DNA of 64,000 bases from a virus (Duplodnaviria > Caudoviricetes), in IMG/VR virus record IMGVR_UViG_3300028833_000067, positions 112,888 through 176,887 of that record. One strand, given 5' to 3'. Below are positions 55,258-64,000 of this stretch, piece by piece. The notes beneath the pieces were generated by a model. The model searched no databases, had not been told where the DNA came from, and saw only the letters and a program-made list of their open reading frames with translations. Each line of letters starts with the position of its first letter. The stretch's first letter is position 1. Position numbers and translations under genes: made by a program.

Positions 55258-55776
55258 ATGATTCAGAGTAAACGAAGCAAAGCACAAGTTGCACAATTAG
55301 AAATTTATACTGATGGATCTTGTAAAAAATTAGGATCGAAAGCAACATTTGGTGGCTGGAGTTTTATTGCTCTGCGCGGCGGTGAACGAATTTACGAGAT
55401 CGCCGGTTGCGAATATGGGACCACAAATCAACGTATGGAATTGTTAGCGATACGTAATGCTTTAGAATTCGCGCAAAAAAACCGGCATCCAAATGAAAAT
55501 GTAATTATTTATAGTGATTCAGCATATGCTATTAATTGCTATCTACAAGAATGGTACATTAAATGGCAACAAAATGGCTGGATTAATTCTAAAGGCGAAG
55601 ATGTAGCCAATCAAGATTTATGGATACAAATTATTCCTTATTTTGATAACTTTTGGTATCATTTTTCTAAGATAAAGGGCCATGGAGATAGTTATTGGAA
55701 TAATGAATGTGATAGATTGGCGCAAGCAGCCTCACAAAATATGAAAGAAAATTTTCAAGGAGAAGAAAATTTATAA
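55258..55776 (+). CDS. rnhA: Ribonuclease HI
   Basis: YTDGSC, TTNQRMEL, YSDSAY, NQDLW, KGH...NNECDRLA. Confidence 0.92.
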   Translation: MIQSKRSKAQVAQLEIYTDGSCKKLGSKATFGGWSFIALRGGERIYEIAGCEYGTTNQRMELLAIRNALEFAQKNRHPNENVIIYSDSAYAINCYLQEWYIKWQQNGWINSKGEDVANQDLWIQIIPYFDNFWYHFSKIKGHGDSYWNNECDRLAQAASQNMKENFQGEENL

Positions 55777-56099
55777 TGGAGAATAATATTTATGAAGTTG
55801 AGAAAGACGATTACAAAGCATTTTTAGGGCAATTAAATACGTCAAAAACTCATATAGAAGAATCTTAGGAAGGCCAAATTCATATAATAAAAATCATCAG
55901 CAATAAATCCAATAAGCATCTTTGTAGCCGAATTAACAATACGGAATTAGAGGAAGAACGTTATTATATATTCAATTATCCCGATGCGGATGAAAGAATC
56001 GCGCCAAAACAAATATTAAAAATTAATTTAGACTCACGAGAAGAAGTACAAGCTTTTTTTAATGCTATTAGTAAAATTCAAAAGGAGCATCAAAAATGA
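55776..56099 (+). CDS. Hypothetical protein
   Basis: Coupled; one TAG. Confidence 0.6.
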
Positions 56100-56302
56100 C
56101 AGAGATATTTAAAAATATAAGCCCGTAGACGCGTGAATACGCAGAAGTAGCTTGGGAGTGCGCATTAATGTTTGATAATCCTATTGATATGGCCAAATTT
56201 TTAAATGCTGTTACCAATTATTATATGGTTACTGGAACCCAAGAAGAAGTAGATTTTCTCCGTTTCTACTTTAACATACAAATGGAGATGATGAATAAAT
56301 GA
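56096..56302 (+). CDS. Hypothetical protein
   Basis: ATGA overlaps at both ends; one TAG. Confidence 0.6.
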
Positions 56303-56859
56303 AAGGCACAATTATATTAAGTGGAAAATCTGGTAGTGGGAAAGATACAGTAGCTAAATTCATGAAAGAAGAATTAGCTAAGCATGGTAAAAAAACTTTA
56401 ATTATTCATTACGCAGATGCGGTAAAATGGTTTTGTAGAGATTTTCTAGACTGGGATGGAAAGAAAGATCAAGTTGGCCGATCTTTACTATAGCTAGTTG
56501 GTACAGATTTAGTAAGAAAGATTCATCCCAATTTTTGGACTGGTATTGTAGTAGGATTAATTCAAGCTTTTGAACCAACTAGTGATTTTGATGTCGCTAT
56601 AATTCCTGATGCTCGTTTTCCTAATGAAGTAGATATATCTTTAGCCAGTTTAAAAAATAGTGTTAGTGTACGTATTGAGCGTACAAATGCCGATGGTACC
56701 CCTTGGATAAATCCTGCTTTAACAGAAACGCAGCGCGAACATCCTAGTGAAACTTCATTAGATGTTTTTGCTTTTGATTATGTAATTCATAATGACGAAG
56801 ATTTAAATACTTTACAGGAAAGCGCTATTACAATACTTAAAGATTTAAAATATATTTAA
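56299..56859 (+). CDS. Deoxynucleoside monophosphate kinase
   Basis: GKSGSGKDT; RSLL(Q)LVGTD; PDARFPNE; HPSE. Confidence 0.85.
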
Positions 56860-56869
56860 GGAGAATAAT

Positions 56870-57997
56870 ATGATAGATTATGCAACCTCAGAACCAATGA
56901 AATATTGGTCTATGCCGACTACAATGACTCCTGAATCGCGGCGCCTTAAGTTAGAGCAGCTTGCTGAATCAGGAGATTATCTATTCGGTATTAAAACCGA
57001 TGGAAATTGGAGTAGAGCTATAATTTCCCCTACTCAAGCGCTCCTTCAAACACGAGGTATATCAAAAACTACTGGTACTTATGGAGAAATTCAAGATAAA
57101 GTATTTTTTTGGTCCGATGTAATAAGACCTTTTAATAAAACCACTGTAATACTTGGAGAAACTTATCTTCCAGGAGGCATTGATAAAGATACCGGATCTA
57201 TACTTAGATGCCTCCACGAAAAAGCACTCGCGCGGCAAAAGGTTAATCCGCTTCGTTGGCGTATTTTTGACGTACTTGCACTAGATGGCATAGACTATAT
57301 GAATACTCATTTTGAAGAACGTGTTAAGCTTATCCCTCAGGTTGTAAAGCGTATTAATTCTCCACTAGTAGAAGGAGTAACCTATTATGAAATGGATTTT
57401 ACCTTTTTTGATAAAATGGGTAAAATTTTTGAATCCGGTGGAGAAGGCGCAGTTTGTTATCGCAAAGATTCTGTGTATGTGCCAGGGAAACGTGGACCGC
57501 ACGCATGGGACACAGTTAAGGTAAAACAAGAAATCTCATCTGAAATTGATGCCTTTATTACAGGTATTATTCCCGGTGAAAAAATTTATACAGGTAAAGA
57601 CCTCGCCAGTTGGGATATGTGGGAGAAACAACGTACCGGCGAATTAGTACGAGGTTTATATTTCGGAGAGTATCAATCCGGAGGCGCGTATATTCCAGTG
57701 ACCCGCAACTATTGGAATGGATGGCCTGGTGCTATACAAGTCTCCGTTTATGATAAAGATATGAATGAAGTTCCATTGTGTAAAGTTGCAGGACTTACAG
57801 ATGAATTTAAGACTGAATTACGTGATAATCCATCACGCTGGATGAAAGTTCCTGTAGCAATTAGTGGCATGATGGTTTCTTCAGCTAAAGCAGACTCAGA
57901 GGGAAATGGCATCTCGATTCGACATCCGCTTTTAAAACGAATCCGAGAAGGCGATATTGATCCTAAAGACTGTACTTTAGCTAAAATATTTAATTAA
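56870..57997 (+). CDS. ATP-dependent DNA ligase
   Basis: KTDGNW, LGET, IFDVL, EGAV, Y.PGKR, VKVK, IRHP. Confidence 0.82.
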   Translation: MIDYATSEPMKYWSMPTTMTPESRRLKLEQLAESGDYLFGIKTDGNWSRAIISPTQALLQTRGISKTTGTYGEIQDKVFFWSDVIRPFNKTTVILGETYLPGGIDKDTGSILRCLHEKALARQKVNPLRWRIFDVLALDGIDYMNTHFEERVKLIPQVVKRINSPLVEGVTYYEMDFTFFDKMGKIFESGGEGAVCYRKDSVYVPGKRGPHAWDTVKVKQEISSEIDAFITGIIPGEKIYTGKDLASWDMWEKQRTGELVRGLYFGEYQSGGAYIPVTRNYWNGWPGAIQVSVYDKDMNEVPLCKVAGLTDEFKTELRDNPSRWMKVPVAISGMMVSSAKADSEGNGISIRHPLLKRIREGDIDPKDCTLAKIFN

Positions 57998-58030
57998 GCG
58001 CGAGTAAGACTCACGCTGAAGGAGGTTCTT

Positions 58031-58636
58031 ATGGATTTAGAAGAACTATTTGGTGAGGTAGAAAAATTTTCTTTTGACCCTCAAACATATCAGTATTTTC
58101 ATCAATTATTTAATAAGCGTACAATTATATTAAATGATTATGTATGCGATGAAACGGTTGAAAAAGTATTTCTACCGCTACGTGAATTTGAAATGGATGA
58201 TTCTACTGAACCGGTTACTCTTATTTTAAATTCTGCGGGTGGTAGTGTTACAAATGGATTCTACCTCGCTCAATATATTTCACAATATTCCAAACCTTTA
58301 AATATTATTGTACCCGGTATGGCCGCGAGTATGGCAGGAATTATTCTTGCAGGAGGCGGTAAAAACGAAAATGTAATTAGATATGGCTTTCCTGCTTCTT
58401 ATGTTCTACTTCATGATGGATATGTAGCATTAGAATCTAGCGAAGCTCGTACTGCAGATGATATTATGGAATTTAATAAAGGAGTAGATGCAGATATTCG
58501 TGAATTTATACTCACTAATACTAACATTACTCCTGAAGAATATGATAGCCACGCTCGTAAGCAATGGTTCTTGAAGGCTCATGAATGTGTTAAAGTTGGC
58601 CTTTTAGATCATATTTATGGAGTTGATGACAAATGA
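58031..58636 (+). CDS. clpP: ClpP-like protease
   Basis: LNSAGGSV, GMAASMA, LLHDG, GLLDHI. Confidence 0.8.
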   Translation: MDLEELFGEVEKFSFDPQTYQYFHQLFNKRTIILNDYVCDETVEKVFLPLREFEMDDSTEPVTLILNSAGGSVTNGFYLAQYISQYSKPLNIIVPGMAASMAGIILAGGGKNENVIRYGFPASYVLLHDGYVALESSEARTADDIMEFNKGVDADIREFILTNTNITPEEYDSHARKQWFLKAHECVKVGLLDHIYGVDDK

Positions 58637-59853
58637 TTACTCACTGGGCAGATACATCTGCTATATTGCATCAAAATCTTGAAGGAAGCCATATTGCAAT
58701 TAGTCCTTTAACTTTATCCGAATTAGAACATATAAAAACTAACGAGTATAATTTAGAAATTAAGTATCAAGCACGAGAAGCGATTAGAAAAATTATAGAA
58801 AATAATGTATATACGACAGTAATAGTTGATAATAAAAAGATTGATAAACTATTAAAAAAGTATAATTTTCTAAGCAACATTAATGATCATAGGATTTTAC
58901 TCGCGGCAGAAGTTACTGCAATAGAATAGGGCAATAATATTGTTTTTATGACTAGTGATGCAGCACAATATACTTTTGCATTACAAATGCCGCACCTTAC
59001 GGCGGAATATACCTCTGCAAATAAAAAAGAAGATGAGCACTGGTGCGGCTGGGCTAAATATTATCCTACTGAACAAGAAATGGCGATGCTTTATACTGAC
59101 TCGAAAATTAATATACTAAAAGCTAAAACAAATGAATTTTGTAAAATATATGAAGGCCCAGAATTAAAAGATATATTATTTTGGACTGGGAGCGAATATC
59201 GCCCGCTAAAATATAAAGATTTACATTCTGACTTTCTTGGACGAACAATTTCTCCTTTAAATCTTGAGCAAAAAATGGCTTTTGATTTACTACAAAATCC
59301 TAATATTCCAGTTAAGCTTCTATCTGGAGTGCCCGGTGGAGGCAAAGATTTCCTTATGTTTTTACATGCTTGGGAACTTATCCAACGAGGTAAAAAAGAT
59401 AAAATTATTTTTATTCGTAATTTAGTACCTTTTAAAGATGCTCCAGAAATAGGATTCCTACAAGGATCATTACAGGAGAAAATTGCTTGGGGATTAGGCC
59501 CCATTGAAAGTATATTAGGGGAAGAAGGCTTGTATATAGCCCAACAAGCAGGTCAAATTGAAGCTGTGAATTTGGGTTTTATTCGCGGCTGTAGTTGGGA
59601 TAATGCTATTCTATATGTATCTGAAGGACAGAATATCACTGGCGGCGGCTATAAACTACTTGTCAGTCGTTGTGGTAAAAATTCTGAACTTTGGGTTAAT
59701 GGGGATACTTATTAGACAGATGGGAAAAAGTTTGAAAGTAATAATGGCCTTGAAAGATTAGTTAAATCGCTCGCTGGTAATAAATTATTTGGTAGTGTTA
59801 AATTATTAAAGACAGAACGTTCCGAAATTGCGGAATTAGCTTCTATAATATAA
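58633..59853 (+). CDS. phoH: PIN-PhoH (PhoH2-type) ATPase/RNase
   Basis: PIN DTS...NDHRIL; GVPGGGKD, IGFLQG, FIRGCS, EGQN, GDTY(Q)TD, RSEIA; joined through two TAG. Confidence 0.85.
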
Positions 59854-59883
59854 AATGGCGCCTTCGGGCGCCATTTATTTTTA
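59853..59883 (+). terminator. Intrinsic terminator
   Basis: AAATGGCGCC-TTCG-GGCGCCATTT followed by a T-run. Confidence 0.8.
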
Positions 59884-59939
59884 TATATTTGACTTTTTCC
59901 TAAATTCATGATATAATAAAAGAAAAATGGAGGAATAAA

Positions 59940-60242
59940 ATGAGTTATAAATACTTTACTACTTTTTGGTCTGATTTTGATATTGCCGAACATTTTGGCA
60001 GCGCGGCTATTGATGACACAGCTAAACGCGCATACGATGAATGGAAGAACGATGTTAAGTATCTGACAGAATTAGTAATGATAATTAATCATAAGTGTTG
60101 GGATCATTATCATAAAGGAAATGATATATTATCAGAGCATTATGGTAATTTATATTACGAGTATTATGAAAAAGCATTAGATTATTTGGACAAGAAAGGT
60201 AATAAAGAGGATATAAGTTATTTTATTCAGACATTAGATTAA
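59940..60242 (+). CDS. Hypothetical phage protein
   Basis: Promoter 59889-59917; TTFWSDFDIAE...YLTELVM.INHK.W. Confidence 0.7.
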   Translation: MSYKYFTTFWSDFDIAEHFGSAAIDDTAKRAYDEWKNDVKYLTELVMIINHKCWDHYHKGNDILSEHYGNLYYEYYEKALDYLDKKGNKEDISYFIQTLD

Positions 60243-60253
60243 GGAGAAATGAT

Positions 60254-60412
60254 ATGGAAAATATATATAATAAAATGATTGAAGAATATTTTAATCGTCA
60301 TCCAGATGCAGGACTCGCTTGGTGGATGCTACCACTTGAACAGCAACCAGAAGGATTTAAGCTAGAGATGTATGATATTCTATGGGATTTGACGCATAAG
60401 GAGGCAAAGTAA
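60254..60412 (+). CDS. Small hypothetical protein
   Basis: AGGAG RBS. Confidence 0.5.
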   Translation: MENIYNKMIEEYFNRHPDAGLAWWMLPLEQQPEGFKLEMYDILWDLTHKEAK

Positions 60413-60413
60413 T

Positions 60414-60959
60414 ATGAAAATTTACTTAGCTGGCCCAATCTTTACTTATGGGGATCTTTTACGCAACACAGAATGGGCACAAAAACTAAGAGCCGCATTA
60501 CCAGGCGTAGATTTATATTCTCCTGTTGAAAATACAGATATCAATGGAGTTGAAGGAAAGAAAAAATTTGCAGGCTCTCAAGAAATTGCAAATGGAGATA
60601 ATATACGCTTAAATAAAACCGATATTCTTGTAGCTTGTATAGATGGAGATGTTCTTCCCGCGGGAACTTGCGCTGAAATTGGTAAGTTCCATGAAAAAAT
60701 TGAACGCGGCGATCATAAGTATATTGTCGGAATTTGTACTGACAATAGACAAATGTTCTTAACACATAGTGAAGCAAAAGATAAGGGCGGTGCAGCCTCA
60801 CTTGGCGAGCAGCAATACAGCTATCAGAATCTATATGTTACTGGTTTAATTAAACAAGGCGGCATTCTTGTTAGTAATATTGATGACGCTATTACATTTA
60901 TTAAAGAACATGAAAATGAGTTTCATGAACATAATGAATATACATCAGATTGGAGGTAA
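60414..60959 (+). CDS. Nucleoside 2-deoxyribosyltransferase family
   Basis: KIYLAGPIF, YSP, D...GTCAEIG, TDNR, NLYV.G. Confidence 0.8.
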   Translation: MKIYLAGPIFTYGDLLRNTEWAQKLRAALPGVDLYSPVENTDINGVEGKKKFAGSQEIANGDNIRLNKTDILVACIDGDVLPAGTCAEIGKFHEKIERGDHKYIVGICTDNRQMFLTHSEAKDKGGAASLGEQQYSYQNLYVTGLIKQGGILVSNIDDAITFIKEHENEFHEHNEYTSDWR

Positions 60960-60961
60960 AT

Positions 60962-61384
60962 ATGAATACTACAGATAAAATTTAGGTTGGAGATTCAACC
61001 ACAAGTACAAGTACAAGTACAACTTGGCATTGCCCATATACTCAACCTAAGGCAGAGCAAGGTTGGGAATGCCCTCGTTGCGGCCGCATCAATGCGCCTT
61101 GGGTAAGACAATGTGATTGTTCTAGAAATGATAAATGGGATAAATGGGATATTACTTGGACCAAAGATGATTGTACAAAACCATGGTGGTATGATTATAA
61201 AGTTACTTGTGTTGACACCTCGGCATAGGCACAAATTGATTCAGATACTTTTAAAATTCATCCGGAATCTACAGTCTATACTACTCATGTAAATCCAGTA
61301 GTTGGTGGTAGTGATTATAAAGATTCAGTCACTGGAACTTGGGTAAATGTTCCTAAAACTTATACTAATTCAGTAAAGAGGTAA
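60962..61384 (+). CDS. Zn-ribbon protein (GWECPRCG)
   Basis: GGAGG RBS; read through TAG. Confidence 0.6.
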
Positions 61385-61389
61385 ATATT

Positions 61390-62652
61390 ATGTTATATGG
61401 AATTAATGATAAACTTCCTGCAAAACGACTATTCGTAGCGGCGATGCAACAGGTTATTGCTTGCTTTGTGGCTACAGTACTAATTCCACAGATTTGTGGA
61501 GTGCCTATCGCGCCAGCTATGTTAGGTGCTGCTTTGGGCACATTGCTCTATCAGCTATTTACTAAAGGCCAATCACCAATGTTTATTAGCTCTTCTGGTG
61601 CTTTTGTCGCGGCCGTACTTGGGGCATTGGCACTTGGAACCGCACCTAACTATCTTGCAGTATTTATTGGTGGTTTAATTGTATGCTTTGTGTATTTTGC
61701 TGTAGGTTTAGCAATCAATCATTTTGGTACTGCTTGGATTAATAAAGTTTTGCCGCCTGTTGTAATTGGGCCAATTGTAGCCGTTATTGGTCTTAATCTA
61801 GCAACATTCCTGCCAACCTATTTTCAAATTAATGGCCAGTACAGTTTAATTGGATTTGGACTTGGAATGTTGACACTACTTATTACTGCACTAATTTCTC
61901 ACTATGGAAAAGGATTTATCAAGAATCTACCATTCCTTGTAGCAATCCTAATTGTATATGCTTTCGCAGCATTACTTACAGTATGCGGCGTAAAAATTAT
62001 TGACTTTAGTGTATTCAATGGCGTAAAACTATTCCAACTACCAGATTTTGCTTTCCTACATTTTGGTTCTTGGGACTGGAGTTATCTACCACAGATTCTA
62101 CTATTATTCCTACCATTAAGCCTTGTTACAATTTGTGAGCATACATCAGACCACAAGGCACTAAGTGCTGTTATCGGAACTGATTTAACACAGAAACCCG
62201 GCCTCGGCTACACTCTAATGGGTGATGGCGCTGCAACTGCTCTTGGCACTCTAATTGGCGCGATGCCAAATACTAGCTATGGTGAGAGCGTTGGTACCAC
62301 AGGCTTTAGTAAAATTTGTTCTAAATATGTAATCACATTAGCTGCTATCATTATGGGTATTGCCGCATTTATTGGGCCGTTACAGGCTTTCCTTGTAAGT
62401 ATTCCAAGTGCCATTTTTGGCGGCTGCGCTACGGTGCTCTACGGGTACATTACATTAAGCGGTATTAGAACTATTATGGATAATCATATTGATTTAGTTC
62501 ACAATAATAAAAATATTACTATTGTCGCAGCTGTCCTCACATTAGGCGTATCAGGCGCAATTTGCGACTTTGGAATTGTTAGTATCGGTACGACTGCACT
62601 AGCAATGATTGTAGGAATTGTTTTGAATCTTATTTTAAAGGAGCATAAATAA
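61390..62652 (+). CDS. Uracil/xanthine permease (NCS2, UraA/PyrP-like)
   Basis: Multiple TM helices; QQVIACFVATVLIP, SSGAF, PPVVIGP, GDG, PNTSYGES. Confidence 0.88.
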   Translation: MLYGINDKLPAKRLFVAAMQQVIACFVATVLIPQICGVPIAPAMLGAALGTLLYQLFTKGQSPMFISSSGAFVAAVLGALALGTAPNYLAVFIGGLIVCFVYFAVGLAINHFGTAWINKVLPPVVIGPIVAVIGLNLATFLPTYFQINGQYSLIGFGLGMLTLLITALISHYGKGFIKNLPFLVAILIVYAFAALLTVCGVKIIDFSVFNGVKLFQLPDFAFLHFGSWDWSYLPQILLLFLPLSLVTICEHTSDHKALSAVIGTDLTQKPGLGYTLMGDGAATALGTLIGAMPNTSYGESVGTTGFSKICSKYVITLAAIIMGIAAFIGPLQAFLVSIPSAIFGGCATVLYGYITLSGIRTIMDNHIDLVHNNKNITIVAAVLTLGVSGAICDFGIVSIGTTALAMIVGIVLNLILKEHK

Positions 62653-62861
62653 TGTGCGGAATTGGAAACAGAGCTTGCGGAATATGTGCTAATGCTAATG
62701 GCTGTCTTGCTTCTATGAGTGAGGATTATTTCTGTCTTGCTTCTAAACAAGAAGTACAAAAACGTTTAGAAGAAGGCCGTTATGCTGATGATGCATTGAT
62801 CATGAAGCAATATCTAGAAGTTCCAGATAATTATATTAAATTATGTATGACATGGATATAA
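62652..62861 (+). CDS. Small Cys-rich protein
   Basis: Coupled ORF. Confidence 0.55.
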   Translation: MCGIGNRACGICANANGCLASMSEDYFCLASKQEVQKRLEEGRYADDALIMKQYLEVPDNYIKLCMTWI

Positions 62862-62952
62862 ATAAGAGGAGTTCAATTTTGAACTCCTCTTATTTGACAT
62901 TTTTATAATTTGTGATATAATTATTATAGAAAAAGAGAAAGGACGATGAATA

Positions 62953-63276
62953 ATGGGAATGGATTTTACACTCTATAGCGCACGTAATCGTGAAGTTTTC
63001 AAACACGAAGGGTGGTATGATTCTCCTCAAGTACAGGAAGAATTTTATTCTCGTAAGGCATGGCATTTTGTTGAAGAATGTCCTTTTATTCCAAATAATG
63101 AAGAAGATTGCCCAGTAGAAATTACTCAAGAAAATCTTGAAGATATGATTAAAGTTGCCTGTGCGCGCCGGAATTACTTTGGAACTTATGATGATGTACC
63201 TAAGCTTTGTGAACTGCGTGATAAGTATGAGGAATTGGAAGAAGAAGGAAAGAAACTTTTTTGTATATATGGATAA
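62953..63276 (+). CDS. Hypothetical protein
   Basis: Promoter 62894-62921; MGMD start. Confidence 0.65.
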   Translation: MGMDFTLYSARNREVFKHEGWYDSPQVQEEFYSRKAWHFVEECPFIPNNEEDCPVEITQENLEDMIKVACARRNYFGTYDDVPKLCELRDKYEELEEEGKKLFCIYG

Positions 63277-63350
63277 AATTAGTAGAATTTAAGATTAATA
63301 ATATTACTTATTCTATGAAAGAATAGGTAATATTTTCTTTTATAGGAGGT

Positions 63351-63542
63351 GTGGGAATATTGATTGAGGAAACAATAGCAAAATTTAAAAAATTTATGGA
63401 AGAACATTTTCCAAATCAAGGTATCGCGGCGGAAGCATTACATATTAGCCGCTCGCATTTAAACAAAATCATCAATAGGAGAGATAATCCGTCCACGACA
63501 TTATTAATTAGGATGGAGAAACTTATGGAGGACGAAAAATGA
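63351..63542 (+). CDS. XRE-family HTH protein
   Basis: QGIAAEALHISRSHLNKIINRRDNPS. Confidence 0.75.
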   Translation: MGILIEETIAKFKKFMEEHFPNQGIAAEALHISRSHLNKIINRRDNPSTTLLIRMEKLMEDEK

Positions 63543-63733
63543 CAAAGAAAGAATATCGTGTATATACTCGTTGGCTTGCTTATGAATTACGAAAATATGG
63601 ATTTTCTATTATTCGCACTGAAGTCAATGAGTATCATCCACAATTTGATGTATATATTTTTGAAGATACAGCGGAATTACATCAAAGAATAGTGGAATTA
63701 TCTGCCGAGCGAAAAGCAAGGCAAGGAGGCTAA
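63539..63733 (+). CDS. DUF5659-like small protein
   Basis: VYTRWLAYELRKYGF...VYIFEDT. Confidence 0.6.
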   Translation: MTKKEYRVYTRWLAYELRKYGFSIIRTEVNEYHPQFDVYIFEDTAELHQRIVELSAERKARQGG

Positions 63734-63738
63734 TATTT

Positions 63739-64000
63739 ATGGCAAATTATGCAAATCAAAAAACTATTGAAGTTCCAAAAGAAGCTATTGATAAAGTAGC
63801 TCATTCTACAAATAGTAAAGAATCATTTTTACGCGCTATAGATTGGAAATATATTGAGCAAGCTCAACAAGTACTAACAGGAAATGAATTTACTTTACTT
63901 GTATATATACTCAAGTGGGCCGGTAAGGGAGTGTTTGATTTTTCTCCAGCTGCTGTAGAAATCGCTACTCAGATGTCCGATAGTACCGCTACCCGCGCGC
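63739..64000 (+). CDS. Hypothetical (possible wHTH/replication) protein, 3'-partial
   Basis: AGGAGG RBS; MANYANQKTI; open to window end. Confidence 0.55.
   Translation, partial: MANYANQKTIEVPKEAIDKVAHSTNSKESFLRAIDWKYIEQAQQVLTGNEFTLLVYILKWAGKGVFDFSPAAVEIATQMSDSTATRA

Overview
This is a 64 kb segment of a large tailed phage, probably infecting a Firmicute (Clostridia-like): GGAGG ribosome-binding sites, about 20 near-consensus sigmaA promoters, and all genes on the + strand. The phage reads TAG as Gln (genetic code 15). The supplied ORF track is therefore fragmented, and real genes run through TAG to TAA or TGA. Layout: 1-27.4 kb holds virion, tail-fibre and lysis genes rich in TAG. 27.8-42.6 kb is a tRNA/ncRNA island with 18 tRNA genes. 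42.6-64 kb holds early/middle genes: RNA repair (kinase, phosphoesterase, TROVE/vWA-like, nucleotidyltransferase, RNA ligase), RNase H, dNMP kinase, DNA ligase, ClpP, PhoH and nucleoside/nucleobase salvage. The most unusual signals are in the RNA island. (1) The amber suppressor tRNA(CUA) is split inside its anticodon by a 175-nt group I intron. (2) tRNA-Trp carries a 75-nt tRNA-Ala-like RNA nested in its anticodon, and tRNA-Asn carries a 47-nt acceptor/T-arm minihelix. (3) A five-copy small-RNA family (closing helix + CAGCA) displays anticodon stem-loop mimics or a YrlA-like permuted tRNA elbow. (4) A stand-alone mimic of the L11-binding (GTPase-associated centre) domain of 23S rRNA is present. 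Together these suggest an RNA-based system for controlling translation and UAG recoding. All calls come from manual reading; no searches or folding programs were run.
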